From a virus, in IMG/VR virus record IMGVR_UViG_3300004369_000010, positions 1-64,000 of that record: a stretch of DNA of 64,000 nt; one strand, given 5' to 3'. The position numbers were made by a program, and so were the translations under genes. This document shows positions 1 through 10,513 of this stretch, piece by piece; positions within the stretch are counted from its first letter, which is position 1; each line of letters opens with the position of its first letter. The notes beneath the pieces were generated by a model, which was not told the origin of the DNA, searched no databases, and saw only the letters and a list, made by a program, of their open reading frames with translations.

Positions 1-3000
1 AACATACTTTAAGAACTGACCATCGGATGGACTTCCTGCGGACACGTTACTTAAATTATCTAAAGTAGCGTTTAGAGCTACTGTTGCTGTTGAACCTTCC
101 GCTGGCGTATGCGAAACCGATATACCGGTACCAGCGCTCAAATCACTCACATAGTTGCCAGTTGTGTCAGTACCTAGATCTATTGTTCCCAACAGGGCAA
201 CAGTGCCTGAAGCGTCTGGGAGAACAATTGTTCGATCAGATGTGGGTTCTGTTACCTGGAGTACAGTCTCATTGTCGTCCGCTGTGTTGCCTTCAAACAC
301 GAGTGACGCATTGGTTGAAAGTGTGCTGGCAAAAATTGTTCCTGTTGTAGAAATATTTGCTGACACATTTGCTCGGGCATCAGTGATATGCAGGTATTGT
401 GTATGGTCATCATCTCCAAGTCCGGTCATCGTTCCGTGATCCGACACTGGCACAGATGGAATACCGGAACCAGCCGACAGAACAACACGAAGATCGATAA
501 CTCCACGGATAGCAGCTTTTACTGTGTTGGTAAATCCGTCGGATACGACGAATATAATCTTGTAGAGTGGTCTAATTTCAAAAATAGGTAGGCCCTCTAA
601 GTCAAGATCTTCCCATGTCCGTTCTTCAATAGTGCTCTGGTTTTCTGCACTGACCTGACCAAGAATCGCAATAACAGGCTCGTTAAGATTGTTTGTGGCA
701 ACAATCCACATGGCGCCATACTTATTGTTTTGAACATCGGCAGTTGTCCATGTGCCACCCGAGTAAAGGTTGTACTGTGCGCGAGCTGTACCAGCCTTAA
801 ACGGAAATGTAGTAGCTGTATCTTTTACCCATGCTGAGTTCGTCCGATAGAAAACAGGGATTTCAGCCGTTCCCTCAAGTACCTGCTCCCAAGAGTTCGC
901 AGTGGGTGATGCAGCATGGGTGATATCAACCTGCAAATCCTCATCAAAGAATGTTCCACCCGCTAAAGCAATCTGCGCATGTGAATCTGAATCACCATCT
1001 CCGTCAGTCACATATCCACTAGCACCGAACCCATTAGCAATTGCAGCACCGCGTGTTCGATGCAGGTATTCGTGAGTTTGCCAGTCAAGAACCACACCAT
1101 GACGCTCGTCTGCAAAAAACTCTGCCTTGCCTGTGGTGTTATTCCAATAAATATAAGCCGTTGGCGTGTCGTTTGCCCAATCAAAGTAGCTTGTACGATA
1201 TGAAAGAACACCCGAGCTGCTGTAATAGATATAGTAAAGACCTGTCGTTGAATCAATAGTGACTGTCTCGGAAGACGTCTTCACATATCGCTTTCCCTTA
1301 CACCAAACGGTGAATGACGACGACACAGGTGAGATTGTGAAAACCCGTGTACCGTCATTGAAGGACATCGTGCTTTCGCTCTTGTCCTCATGACCAATGG
1401 GTTCAGCACCAGCCTGTACTGTATTGACCCAATTGGTGCCGTCGTATTGAAGAATCTGACCGTTTGTTGCCGATGTCAGCACAACATCTGTCAGGTCTCC
1501 CGCGCCAATAGTCTCGGTGATTGCCGCCCACTCTACGCCGTTTGTGGCAGATGAATTGGCCTTCAGGAAATAACCGTTAGTACCTACTGCAAGTCGATCA
1601 ACAGTGTCTGCTCCACTGGCTACAACAAGATCACCTTTGGCGTCAACAACTGACTTGAGGATTGCCTGATCCCCAATTTCTGCGTCTACGAAAGCAGTTG
1701 TAGCAATTTGTGTAGAACTGTCTCCAACGGAGGCTGTTGGTGCTGTTGGCGTTCCGGTAAGAGCCGTATCGGCAAAATCAATAGAGGAGGTTTCTTTTCC
1801 TGTTACTCGACCATAAGAATCAACCGTAACATCAGTGACAAAGGTAGTTGTTGCGGAACCAGATGTATCACTTTGTGAAACAGTCGCTAAAGAGGAGGTT
1901 TCTTTTCCGGTTACACGACCATAAGAATCAACCGTAACATCAGTGACAAAGGTAGTTGCTGGGGAACCGGAGGTATCGCTTTGTGAAACAGTCGCTAAAT
2001 CAATATCATCTGCATTGACCACAATACGGGTTGCGCTGGCAGTGCCGACATTTATTGTGCTTCCGCTTTGCGACATTCCAGCACCGGCGGTAAACGCTGA
2101 TGTACCGGTGAACTGAGTGAATGCTAAATCGTCTGTATCAAGAACATGTGCCCCATCGGTTCCAGAGCCACTTGATGTCAGGACAAAACCCTGACGAACA
2201 TTAGTGGAACCAGATGTGACGAAAACCGCTTCACCACTTTTAATTTCGTTTGATGGACTGGCATCAAAATCGTTTGCCCGTGTCAAAATCCAATATGTGT
2301 CTACGGCGTTACCCTGTTCCGTTACGACATAAACACCGTTATGGGTTGCGGTTGATTGATCCTTTACTAGAACCCGATCACCAGTAGTGGTGTTCGCTCC
2401 GTCAATGAGAAGCCGAGAATAAGCGGTAGCCGTGAGTGTTGCGCCCACACCGCTGGTCCCATTGTCATATGCAGGTGAATTGGGTAGAGTTGTTGCGCTT
2501 GCTAACTTAACGGCCTGATGCCAATCAATGCCAGCGATGGCAGTATCAACATATGTTTTAGTGGCGGCATGGTTTGCCTGAGTGGGAGCGTTAGAGACTG
2601 TTACATTAGCGAATGTGACAGAGTCAGACGTGCCAACAGCCTGACCGATTGCAACAGACGCATTTGTTCCTTCGCCTGTGCCACCAAAAATCGTAACACC
2701 GGTACCTGCGTATATTCCTTGGACATAGTTTCCTGTTGTGTCGGTACCAAGTTCAAGCGAATCAGCAGTGATTGTGGTTGAGATTTCAACATCGCCAGAA
2801 CCATCAAAAGAAACAGAGCCAGTTACATCACCTGTTAACTCAATTGTTCGACCTGTAGCTAAAGCAGATGCGGTGTCGGCATTTCCTGTTAGGCCGCCGG
2901 TTACATCACCTGTAAATGTTGCATCCGTTCCGTCCGTACCAGAATCTAGGACTGTAGTTCCATTGGTTGATTTAACATCACCAATGATGTCGCTGGTTAC

Positions 3001-4575
3001 GCTGTTAAATGTAACATCATCTGTAGTAGCAACAGCCTGACCAATACTAATCGTTGGTGTTGCACTTTCTCCTGAATTATCGGCAAGTGTAACTCCGGTT
3101 CCAGCAACCAGACTTTCAACATAGCTACCGGTTGTGTCAGTACCTAGCGAAATTGAATCGGCACTAATAGTTGTGGAAATTTCAACATCGCCAGAACCAT
3201 TAAAAGAGACTGAACCGGTGACATCGCCTGTGAGTTCAATAGTGCGTGAGGTTTGAAGGGCGCTCGCCGTTGAGGCGTTACCCGTCAAGTCACCTGTTAC
3301 ATCACCAGTAAACGTGGCGTCAGTGCCATCTGTGCCAGAGTCAAGGACTGTAGTTCCATTAGTTGCTTTAACATCACCGATCAAGTTTCCTGTGACATCA
3401 CCAGTAAAGGTAGCGTCTGTTCCATCGGTTCCCGAGTCTAAAACGGTTGTCCCATCAGTGGACTTGACATCGCCAATCAGATTGCTAGAGACACTATTGA
3501 AAGTGACATCGTCGGTTGTCGCAACAGCCTGCCCAATGGCGACTGAGGCGTTAGTGCCTTCGCCAGTGCCTGCAAATATCGTGACACCCGTACCGGCGTA
3601 AAGTCCTTCAACATAATCACCAGTAGTATCGGTTCCCAATTCAAGAGAATCAATTCCAATTGTGGTACTGATCTCAATGTTGGCCGAACCGTCAAATGAT
3701 GCTGAGCCAGTTACATCTCCGGTAAGTTCAATAGTGCGAGAAGTTTCAAGGGCGCTCGCAGTAGAAGCATTTCCGGTTACAGCACCAGTAAAAGTTGCAT
3801 CTGTTCCGTCTGTGCCAGAGTCAAGGACAGTTGATCCGTCGGTGGACTTGACATCGCCTTTAAGGTTTGTTGTAACTGTATTAAATGTGACATCTGCGCT
3901 AGTGCTAACATCTTGCCCAATTAATACGGAGGCATTAGTGCCCTCACCACCATTGTCAAAGATTGTTACGCCCGTTCCAGCAGTCAGCGTAGAGATGTAG
4001 TCTCCGACTGTATCCGCACCCAATTCAATGGAGCCACTAATGGCGAAAACACCACTTTCATTAGGAAATGTCAGTGTTCGATCATCGGTCAGTGATTCAA
4101 AACCAAAACTAATATCGTATGGGCCACCATTAACGGTTTCATAAACCAAAGGACCAGTAAGTGTGAGTCCGTCAAATGTTGGCGTGTCGCTTGTCGCCAC
4201 TGGTTGACCAATTGCAACCGAAGCGCCTGCCCCCTCACCAGTGCCATTAAAAACAGTTACGCCAGTTCCAGCAGTAATACTTTCTATGTAATCGCCAACA
4301 GAATCAGTACCAAGATTTACAGCATCATTAATCCAGGCGACACCATTCCAGCGAAGAAAATCACCATCTTGAGCCGAAGATATGGTGACATCAGACAAGT
4401 CGGCTAGATCTGCAGTGAAGTAGTAATAACCTAGTGATGTCCACGACGTTGATCCGTCGCCCAACTTCATTTTGCCTGTGTCGGTTTCGTAACCCAATTC
4501 CCCAACTGCAAGAGTTGGATCTACGGACGTCCAGTTAGACGCCGTGTCACGCCGAAGTTGAATTCGTGTGGCCAT
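1..4575 (-). CDS. Long tail fibre protein (>=1525 aa, runs off the left window edge) with an Mtd_N-like N-terminus
   Basis: Absent from the ORF track, presumably because no stop lies in the window. ATG at 4575 overlaps the TGA of the upstream gene. It begins MATRIQLRRDTASNWTSVDPTLAVGELGYETDTGKMKLGDG, and the same frame reads LDNLSNVSAGSPSDGQFLKYV at the window edge. Many Gly/Thr/Asp fibre repeats. Confidence 0.85.
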   Translation of the reverse strand, partial: MATRIQLRRDTASNWTSVDPTLAVGELGYETDTGKMKLGDGSTSWTSLGYYYFTADLADLSDVTISSAQDGDFLRWNGVAWINDAVNLGTDSVGDYIESITAGTGVTVFNGTGEGAGASVAIGQPVATSDTPTFDGLTLTGPLVYETVNGGPYDISFGFESLTDDRTLTFPNESGVFAISGSIELGADTVGDYISTLTAGTGVTIFDNGGEGTNASVLIGQDVSTSADVTFNTVTTNLKGDVKSTDGSTVLDSGTDGTDATFTGAVTGNASTASALETSRTIELTGDVTGSASFDGSANIEISTTIGIDSLELGTDTTGDYVEGLYAGTGVTIFAGTGEGTNASVAIGQAVATTDDVTFNSVSSNLIGDVKSTDGTTVLDSGTDGTDATFTGDVTGNLIGDVKATNGTTVLDSGTDGTDATFTGDVTGDLTGNASTASALQTSRTIELTGDVTGSVSFNGSGDVEISTTISADSISLGTDTTGSYVESLVAGTGVTLADNSGESATPTISIGQAVATTDDVTFNSVTSDIIGDVKSTNGTTVLDSGTDGTDATFTGDVTGGLTGNADTASALATGRTIELTGDVTGSVSFDGSGDVEISTTITADSLELGTDTTGNYVQGIYAGTGVTIFGGTGEGTNASVAIGQAVGTSDSVTFANVTVSNAPTQANHAATKTYVDTAIAGIDWHQAVKLASATTLPNSPAYDNGTSGVGATLTATAYSRLLIDGANTTTGDRVLVKDQSTATHNGVYVVTEQGNAVDTYWILTRANDFDASPSNEIKSGEAVFVTSGSTNVRQGFVLTSSGSGTDGAHVLDTDDLAFTQFTGTSAFTAGAGMSQSGSTINVGTASATRIVVNADDIDLATVSQSDTSGSPATTFVTDVTVDSYGRVTGKETSSLATVSQSDTSGSATTTFVTDVTVDSYGRVTGKETSSIDFADTALTGTPTAPTASVGDSSTQIATTAFVDAEIGDQAILKSVVDAKGDLVVASGADTVDRLAVGTNGYFLKANSSATNGVEWAAITETIGAGDLTDVVLTSATNGQILQYDGTNWVNTVQAGAEPIGHEDKSESTMSFNDGTRVFTISPVSSSFTVWCKGKRYVKTSSETVTIDSTTGLYYIYYSSSGVLSYRTSYFDWANDTPTAYIYWNNTTGKAEFFADERHGVVLDWQTHEYLHRTRGAAIANGFGASGYVTDGDGDSDSHAQIALAGGTFFDEDLQVDITHAASPTANSWEQVLEGTAEIPVFYRTNSAWVKDTATTFPFKAGTARAQYNLYSGGTWTTADVQNNKYGAMWIVATNNLNEPVIAILGQVSAENQSTIEERTWEDLDLEGLPIFEIRPLYKIIFVVSDGFTNTVKAAIRGVIDLRVVLSAGSGIPSVPVSDHGTMTGLGDDDHTQYLHITDARANVSANISTTGTIFASTLSTNASLVFEGNTADDNETVLQVTEPTSDRTIVLPDASGTVALLGTIDLGTDTTGNYVSDLSAGTGISVSHTPAEGSTATVALNATLDNLSNVSAGSPSDGQFLKYV
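1783..1998. repeat. In-frame 108-bp tandem duplication inside the tail fibre gene
   Basis: Near-identical units at 1783-1890 and 1891-1998 encoding LATVSQSDTSGS(P/A)(A/T)TTFVTDVTVDSYGRVTGKETSS. Confidence 0.9.
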
Positions 4576-5216
4576 CAGCCTGATGCTCCTCCGCCGCTTA
4601 ATGCGACAATTCCACCATAATTAGACTCTGCGTCGCCGCCGTCAACATTGTGCGGGATCTCATACTCGTTAAACCAATAAGTATTGGTGCCGTCGTACTT
4701 TAATATTTGTCCGTCTTGTAACGATGACAGTGTCACATCACTCAAACCGGCAAGACTGGCTGATCCGGTTACGCTAATCCATGTGGTGTCATCAGTATCA
4801 AGGATGTAAAGGGTGTCATCGTCCGAGTCAAGCCACAGATCGCCCGCGCTACCTCCGGAAGGTGGATCTGCTTGAATGGTGACGGTCGCAGTACCAGCGC
4901 CACCAACTCCTGGAACAAACTTAGTTCCATCAAATTTGAGGATGTCGTCCAGGCTTGCACCAGCCGGGTCAATTTCTACACCATCAACAAATAATGCTGA
5001 CGCCTTAAAAGTGTCATCTGTTTTAAGAATGTTGGCATTCTCACGGTACAGATTGGTGTCAACCGTAGATGTGTCCCCGGCACCCCAATTGACTTTACCG
5101 CCAGCATCAATTTGAAAGCGGGGATTGGTTTCGTCTTTTAGACCAATATCAAACGCAGTGTCAGAAGCAGAGTTAAAAAACCGCGCACGGATTATCGAAA
5201 AAACCTTAAAAGCCAT
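4575..5216 (-). CDS. Tail fibre-associated structural protein
   Basis: GDLWLDSDDDTLY and LAGLSDVTLSSLQDGQILKYDG fibre-type motifs; lies in the tail operon. Confidence 0.65.
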   Translation of the reverse strand: MAFKVFSIIRARFFNSASDTAFDIGLKDETNPRFQIDAGGKVNWGAGDTSTVDTNLYRENANILKTDDTFKASALFVDGVEIDPAGASLDDILKFDGTKFVPGVGGAGTATVTIQADPPSGGSAGDLWLDSDDDTLYILDTDDTTWISVTGSASLAGLSDVTLSSLQDGQILKYDGTNTYWFNEYEIPHNVDGGDAESNYGGIVALSGGGASG

Positions 5217-5263
5217 AGAGCCTCAACTCTTATGTGAAACCGCCCCCGCAAGGGCTGTATGTG

Positions 5264-6541
5264 TTAGCCAGTGACGACCACTCGGTATGCGTTACTTCCA
5301 GGAGCTGAGGAGAACGCAACCGTGACATAACTGGTTGTGGAACGAACAGTATCAGCAATGACCGTCTCGTTAGTTGATGTGTCATAAACCTGAACAATTA
5401 CATCCCGAGTACCAAAGTTATGAGTAATTTGGAAAGACAGATCAACTGCGTTGCCAATTGTTTCAGAGGCAATACGTGCGAGGACAGGGGTTCCCGTTGA
5501 ATACCCAGCGCTGGTATCTGCCAAGTTGGTTCGTGCGTCTGCGGCCGTTGATGCGCCAGTACCACCATGGGCTACCCCAACATCTGTTGCTTCCCAGGTG
5601 CCGGTTGAGATTGTGCCCAGCGTGGTGATACTGGACTGACCAACATAGGTGCTAGCAATGTCAACCGTGTCAGCATTGACTGTGATGCGGTCGGCGGTGC
5701 CACCGACATCAAGTTGGTTTCCTGTCTTGGTGAGACCAGCGCCAGCAACAATTTGACCCGCACCAGAGAATTGAGCAAATGTCAGCGCTGTGGTATCAAT
5801 GGTGATTGACCCATTGGTTGTTAGAACCCAACCAGAATCAGCATTGGTGTCACCTTCTTCAACGAAGGTGAACATTCCGGGAGTTACTTCAGTGCCACTA
5901 TCGGCATCAGTAGCGCGTGTTGGTGCTCCTGACGCATTGACAACATAGATACCGTTTTCACTGCCAGTAGACTGGTTCTTGATAAGAACACGGTCACCGG
6001 TCGCCAGCACGATACCGTCAATGGTGTCGCCATCTTCAAAGTCAGTTGACAGTGTTTGAGCCTCTGTCGTGGCAACTCGAACAGATTGCTTAACATCAAG
6101 ACCAGACCGCTGAGCATCAACATATGACTTGGTTGCAACATCGGCGTCTGCCGAAGGGCTTGTTGCCTGGAACCGTCCACTTGCGTCACGAAGAACCAGC
6201 GTGTCATTGGTGTTTGTGGCCGTTGCGCCATTCAGGAGGCTATAAAACGCCGCTGACAGCAGACCGGCGTTGCTTCCGTCTGCGAGGTTCAATGTCAGGG
6301 TTATTGAACCATTGCTTTCACCAACAGTTAGCGCAGCAGAATTAGCTCCTGCCGATGAAACACCCTTGATAAGAGTTTCCCAAGCTGAGCCGTTATAATA
6401 CTTAATAGCATCTTCAGCGGTATGATAAAAAGTACGGCCCTCAAAAAGACCTGATGATGGATCAAGTGCTAGTTTCTCAAATGTACCGTTAAGAATTTGG
6501 TTCTGATTGAGATCTAGGTTTGTTACAAACTTTGTTGCCAT
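5264..6541 (-). CDS. Virion structural / tail fibre protein
   Basis: DVKQSVRVATT...GDRVLIKNQ...ENGIYVV module, also present in the 1-4575 fibre; HGGTGASTAADARTNL fibre motif. Confidence 0.75.
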   Translation of the reverse strand: MATKFVTNLDLNQNQILNGTFEKLALDPSSGLFEGRTFYHTAEDAIKYYNGSAWETLIKGVSSAGANSAALTVGESNGSITLTLNLADGSNAGLLSAAFYSLLNGATATNTNDTLVLRDASGRFQATSPSADADVATKSYVDAQRSGLDVKQSVRVATTEAQTLSTDFEDGDTIDGIVLATGDRVLIKNQSTGSENGIYVVNASGAPTRATDADSGTEVTPGMFTFVEEGDTNADSGWVLTTNGSITIDTTALTFAQFSGAGQIVAGAGLTKTGNQLDVGGTADRITVNADTVDIASTYVGQSSITTLGTISTGTWEATDVGVAHGGTGASTAADARTNLADTSAGYSTGTPVLARIASETIGNAVDLSFQITHNFGTRDVIVQVYDTSTNETVIADTVRSTTSYVTVAFSSAPGSNAYRVVVTG

Positions 6542-6554
6542 TTCTGCCGATCCT

Positions 6555-7016
6555 TTAGGTCAGATACGCGTACCCCGAAAAAGGTGCGGTGAATTCCACC
6601 ACAACTTGCGACGTGCTTACATATGATACCTCACCAATAACTGTGGTTAATGCAGAATCAACTACAGTTACTGCTGGATATCCACCAAGAGTGTGATTTA
6701 TAGTCCACACACTTGTGGCACTGGCCTGAGCGTGAACATGGCGCAATGTTTGGCCAGGGGTAAAAAACGGACTTGACGGCCAGCCCGACTCCGTCCGAGG
6801 ACCCCAAAATGAGTTGTCGGACAGATTTATGTAAATATCATTATTGCGACCATCAGATGTCGTCGGCTCCCCAACCCCACTGATGATGCTGTAACCCCTG
6901 GGGCCAGCAGCGCCCACCAACGAAACAACAACCTCAGTAGTTTCCGAGTCAACTGTTACCAGATTTTGAATGGGGTCATTCGTTACATTGACATTCAGAT
7001 TGACTGGAGTTGTCAC
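6555..7016 (-). CDS. Putative virion structural protein
   Basis: C-terminal WTINHTLGGYPAVTVVDS domain resembles the C-terminus of the adjacent 425-aa protein; operon context. Confidence 0.55.
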   Translation of the reverse strand: MTTPVNLNVNVTNDPIQNLVTVDSETTEVVVSLVGAAGPRGYSIISGVGEPTTSDGRNNDIYINLSDNSFWGPRTESGWPSSPFFTPGQTLRHVHAQASATSVWTINHTLGGYPAVTVVDSALTTVIGEVSYVSTSQVVVEFTAPFSGYAYLT

Positions 7017-7360
7017 CTCGTAACCTCCAGCTCAATCCGAACCTTGCCCCTCAACAATCGATAGACACGATCATCAGAATCAATTAACTCCAAGTCATAA
7101 ACGGCTTCATCATCAAAAGTTTCAGTGACATCTGCCGTCAACACCAATGTGACAGTACCCTGATCCCCACCAAGGACAATTCGTCCATTTTCGGTAGTCA
7201 ACTCAACCATCACATCATCTGCGTCAATCTCCGTACGCATCTGCATACGAGCAGTAAAATCCGTGAGGTCAAAAGCAGTACCATCCGGATTCGTTACCGT
7301 GATCAGTCTCTCAAAATGAGCGCCTTGATCTAAATTAATGTTATAGACTCCAGCGATCAC
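7013..7360 (-). CDS. Putative tail/baseplate accessory protein
   Basis: YNINLDQGA...DLTDFTARMQMR...AVYDLEL pattern of small beta-sandwich phage tail proteins; 4-bp overlap with the next gene. Confidence 0.55.
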   Translation of the reverse strand: MIAGVYNINLDQGAHFERLITVTNPDGTAFDLTDFTARMQMRTEIDADDVMVELTTENGRIVLGGDQGTVTLVLTADVTETFDDEAVYDLELIDSDDRVYRLLRGKVRIELEVTR

Positions 7361-7416
7361 AGTTCTTCCTCCAACCGCACTCTTGCCTAATTTTAGCCCA
7401 TATCAAGGCACCTAAA

Positions 7417-7454
7417 ACGGCAGATGGGGCAGGATAACCTGCCCCATCTGCCGT
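7417..7454. terminator. Perfect 17-bp inverted repeat (probable terminator)
   Basis: ACGGCAGATGGGGCAGG-ATAA-CCTGCCCCATCTGCCGT, intergenic. Confidence 0.7.
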
Positions 7455-7474
7455 CCTTGTCGGAGGATCCGTTA

Positions 7475-7696
7475 TCAGGCTTCTTCAGAGCCCTTCTTCG
7501 CATCAAAAAATGATGCAATGTCAGGATCACCAATCTTGGATGAAACGACTGCCATGACGCCCGCAATAAGCGGCATACAAATAGCTAGAAGCTCTGGGTC
7601 AATGTTGCCCTTGTTGGCGAAATAGACAACGAGTCCCATGACTCCGCCTTTTGCCATCTGGTCCCCGAGCTGTGACTTGCTCACTTGCTTCTTCAT
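7475..7696 (-). CDS. Small membrane protein (holin-like)
   Basis: 73 aa with two hydrophobic segments and charged termini. Confidence 0.4.
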   Translation of the reverse strand: MKKQVSKSQLGDQMAKGGVMGLVVYFANKGNIDPELLAICMPLIAGVMAVVSSKIGDPDIASFFDAKKGSEEA

Positions 7697-7932
7697 TCGT
7701 CAGTGTCCTCCATGTCAACGCCGTACCCTTGGTTGAGTACAATCTCGCTAGCACAGTTTAGCATTCCCATAGCCAACCATGAAGTCATACCTTCGCTTGT
7801 GGCTATATCTAATTCTCGGGTTTCAGTATTAATAGATTCAACAACAATAATCCAATTAGTGAGCATTTTGTCAGGAAATGCATCATTCAGCATTGCCATC
7901 AAATCTGCTTGGCTCTCTTCTTCTTCGGCCAT
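7693..7932 (-). CDS. Hypothetical acidic protein
   Basis: Start moved to ATG 7932 (MAEEEESQ) to avoid a long overlap; 4-bp overlap with the next gene. Confidence 0.55.
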   Translation of the reverse strand: MAEEEESQADLMAMLNDAFPDKMLTNWIIVVESINTETRELDIATSEGMTSWLAMGMLNCASEIVLNQGYGVDMEDTDE

Positions 7933-7942
7933 TTCGCCCCAA

Positions 7943-8299
7943 TCAATGTCCGCAGGCTTTACAGCCCTTTGACTTACCTCGTGAAAAGCGCCTTCCCTTC
8001 TTTCTGTCAGAATCATATTTCCCTGATTGAAAACCTTCTTGCTCTAAGCGCGCCTGAAATTGACGCAGTCCGTTTCGATGGTAAACGGCTTCAACATGTT
8101 CCATCAAAAAAATAACTAGACCACCACGAAATAACACATAGTCCTCAATCATATCGTCTCTGATTTTTACGACATTAAGAACATCCGCATATTTATGCCA
8201 GTCTGCAATATCAAAATCACTGAGTGTTAATCCGCGATATTCAGTGCGCTTATTTTCAAAAAGCATCAACGATGTTTCGTCGCTAACTTGAATATGCAT
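7943..8299 (-). CDS. Hypothetical protein
   Basis: TAATG coupling to the upstream ORF; same strand as the operon. Confidence 0.55.
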   Translation of the reverse strand: MHIQVSDETSLMLFENKRTEYRGLTLSDFDIADWHKYADVLNVVKIRDDMIEDYVLFRGGLVIFLMEHVEAVYHRNGLRQFQARLEQEGFQSGKYDSDRKKGRRFSRGKSKGCKACGH

Positions 8300-8577
8300 T
8301 ACTCATACCTTACTTTATATTCAGAACCATCAATGAATACCGTGTTTTTAGATCGATGCCACACCTCTTCAATATCCGAATATGGCAACTCCTTTTGTTT
8401 ATTAGCTGACGCTCCCTCTTTCGCCACGACGATATTCACACTCTGACCCGCGTCAATCCACTCCTGCTGGGAAATAAAGGATGCCAGTTTGCCAACTTTA
8501 AAAACCTTTACCTTAAGACCCCGCTTCAAGCGGCTGGCTTGGACATCATCTAGTTCGTACTTTTTTCCCATCATCAC
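8299..8577 (-). CDS. Hypothetical protein
   Basis: Translationally coupled ORF in the operon. Confidence 0.55.
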   Translation of the reverse strand: MMMGKKYELDDVQASRLKRGLKVKVFKVGKLASFISQQEWIDAGQSVNIVVAKEGASANKQKELPYSDIEEVWHRSKNTVFIDGSEYKVRYE

Positions 8578-9479
8578 AAACTTTCAATCCAAATATTATT
8601 TAGACCGCCACCCAAAGTCGTGTATCGTGGACTTAATGAACCAGCGCCAATACCGTGGTAAATGCCGGTTGTTGAAGTGATGCTGTCCGTATATGTGGAG
8701 TACAGCGACCAGGTGTTGGACGATACAGATCCAAAGTAAACCTCAATGGAGGATCCGCGAGCAACAACCCGCAAATCACCCACACTTCGATTAACGGTCG
8801 CAACATTCGTCCAGCTTGTACTGCCGTTACGATACTGGAGCGACCATCGCGTTGTATAGTTATCTACGCTAAATCCAGGTGAGTGCGATTCTGGAGTTCC
8901 TCCGGAACAAGAGTAATAACTTTGCCGTGTTTGCAAAAGGCATTGCGAATTGCAATGTGTGTCCGAACATGTTGAACCACAATTCGCGCTGTATTTTCCA
9001 CCCCAAAAGTTCTGATAGTCATAAGACGGGTTTGCTCCGGAATAAATAGTATGACCTGTATAGATGTCCGCACATTCACAAAAATTCTTGTTGCTGTGAG
9101 TTGAATAGCCAGACAAAACGCAATAAGCCGCACTCGCAGGAGTGTGAGAACCCGGATACGAATAAGTAGATGACACATAGTCGCCGAAGCCTAAACGCCA
9201 CATTTTCGTAGTTGACTGTCGACGAAAATAAATACATCCGCCGTCCGACCTATCGCAAGCAACTTTTATTTCAACATCAGGTGTACCCACCTGAAACATC
9301 CCTCTAGGGCTAGCAGTGTTAGAAGTAGCACAACTAAAACCAGATCCTGAACTGGTAAATGACGGTGTTCCAGAATCGGATTCAGCCAAATCTGGACTAA
9401 GTGATGAACCGCTTGACTTGATCACATAAAATGGGTGACGACCGCCCGTTCTTAGTGTCCCTCCCAGTCCAACTGTCAC
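8574..9479 (-). CDS. Putative virion protein with a Cys/Ser/Tyr-rich insert
   Basis: 301 aa, beta-rich flanks, central CECAD...NCGSTCSDTHCNSQC cluster; follows a fibre gene. Confidence 0.55.
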   Translation of the reverse strand: MTVGLGGTLRTGGRHPFYVIKSSGSSLSPDLAESDSGTPSFTSSGSGFSCATSNTASPRGMFQVGTPDVEIKVACDRSDGGCIYFRRQSTTKMWRLGFGDYVSSTYSYPGSHTPASAAYCVLSGYSTHSNKNFCECADIYTGHTIYSGANPSYDYQNFWGGKYSANCGSTCSDTHCNSQCLLQTRQSYYSCSGGTPESHSPGFSVDNYTTRWSLQYRNGSTSWTNVATVNRSVGDLRVVARGSSIEVYFGSVSSNTWSLYSTYTDSITSTTGIYHGIGAGSLSPRYTTLGGGLNNIWIESL

Positions 9480-10513
9480 GAGAATCCCCTGCCAGACAAG
9501 AACCCGAACCAGGTTGTACCACCGTTATAGGTCGTCAAAGTCCAAACATTTGTCTTGTTAGCGGCGGTGTCCTCGTTTGGTCGAACGGAATTAGGCCACT
9601 TTACTGATGCCGGGAATGTCAGAACACGACCAGCAGTTCCGTCATTGCGGACAATTAAAGTCAATGTAAAAACTTCGGTCGTCGGACCAGAACCACCCCA
9701 TGTTGGGTAAAGGAGATTTAGGGTGACATTAGTTCCGAGGGTGAAGGCTTCAACATTGTAGGAATCACCGAGAGAGAATGTTGAAGTAGAAATTGTTCCC
9801 GAATCACGCCCTTCCTCAGAATACTTTTTAAGAAGCGGCGAGTTTGCCCATGAGACACCATAAGTTTGAGTGCTGTCGGCAACTAAGACAGTTCTGTTTG
9901 AGCCAACCCCAAGGCGTGCTACCGTATCGTTTGATTGACCGACAAGAAGATCACCCTTGGCGTTGATGGTTGAGAGCGGAACATTTCCCGAGAGGCTGAC
10001 GGTCTTCCAGGCTACGCCCGTACTGGTCGTTGAGTCCGCTTGGAGAACCTGACCATCGGATCCAATTCCCTGAACTGTTGGTGTAGAAGGTGAGGAGGCA
10101 ACAATCAGGTCACCTTTGGCTGTCAGGATGTTCTTCGGAATCAAGCCGGTAGTATCAACCTCCGGTAGAGCGTGAACATGGTCAATGCGTGCCGTGGCAT
10201 CAACCACCCCGGCACTGTTCGCCTGCCCATAGGCCAGAGTTGCCATCTGTCCAGTTGAACCAAACTGGCCGACCGCAACCCACGAGCCAGTGTTATCTGT
10301 ACCGTTGAAGTAATAGAGCGTTGACGTGTCGGTCTTGAAGAAGAATGATCTAGCGTGTTCCGAAGCAGGGGCTGGTAGCGATGTGCCAGATGTGAAGATG
10401 GCACCCTTCGTCTCAATACTGGCATGGCTAGAATCCAGTTGTTGACGGGTGAAAGCATCAGAGTCTTCGCTCCATCGATAGATGCCGAAACGGTTTGTCT
10501 GTGTAACAGTCAT
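9476..10513 (-). CDS. Tail fibre / minor tail protein
   Basis: ARIDHVHALP motif, two AKGDL(I/L)V modules, C-terminal LTFPASVKWP...TTYNGGTTW fibre domain. Confidence 0.75.
   Translation of the reverse strand: MTVTQTNRFGIYRWSEDSDAFTRQQLDSSHASIETKGAIFTSGTSLPAPASEHARSFFFKTDTSTLYYFNGTDNTGSWVAVGQFGSTGQMATLAYGQANSAGVVDATARIDHVHALPEVDTTGLIPKNILTAKGDLIVASSPSTPTVQGIGSDGQVLQADSTTSTGVAWKTVSLSGNVPLSTINAKGDLLVGQSNDTVARLGVGSNRTVLVADSTQTYGVSWANSPLLKKYSEEGRDSGTISTSTFSLGDSYNVEAFTLGTNVTLNLLYPTWGGSGPTTEVFTLTLIVRNDGTAGRVLTFPASVKWPNSVRPNEDTAANKTNVWTLTTYNGGTTWFGFLSGRGFS

Noticed and set aside
1783-4300. Repeats in the fibre gene as a CRISPR array or DGR repeats
   Set aside because: They are in-frame protein repeats with synonymous divergence and no unique spacers.
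84-4407. Many plus-strand ORFs in the track (e.g. 155-439, 2738-3040, 3662-4000)
   Set aside because: Antisense shadows of the long minus-strand tail fibre ORF.
4400-4575. Mtd_N-like domain suggesting a diversity-generating retroelement
   Set aside because: No reverse transcriptase and no TR/VR pair differing only at adenines in the window; this N-terminal domain is common in ordinary fibre proteins.
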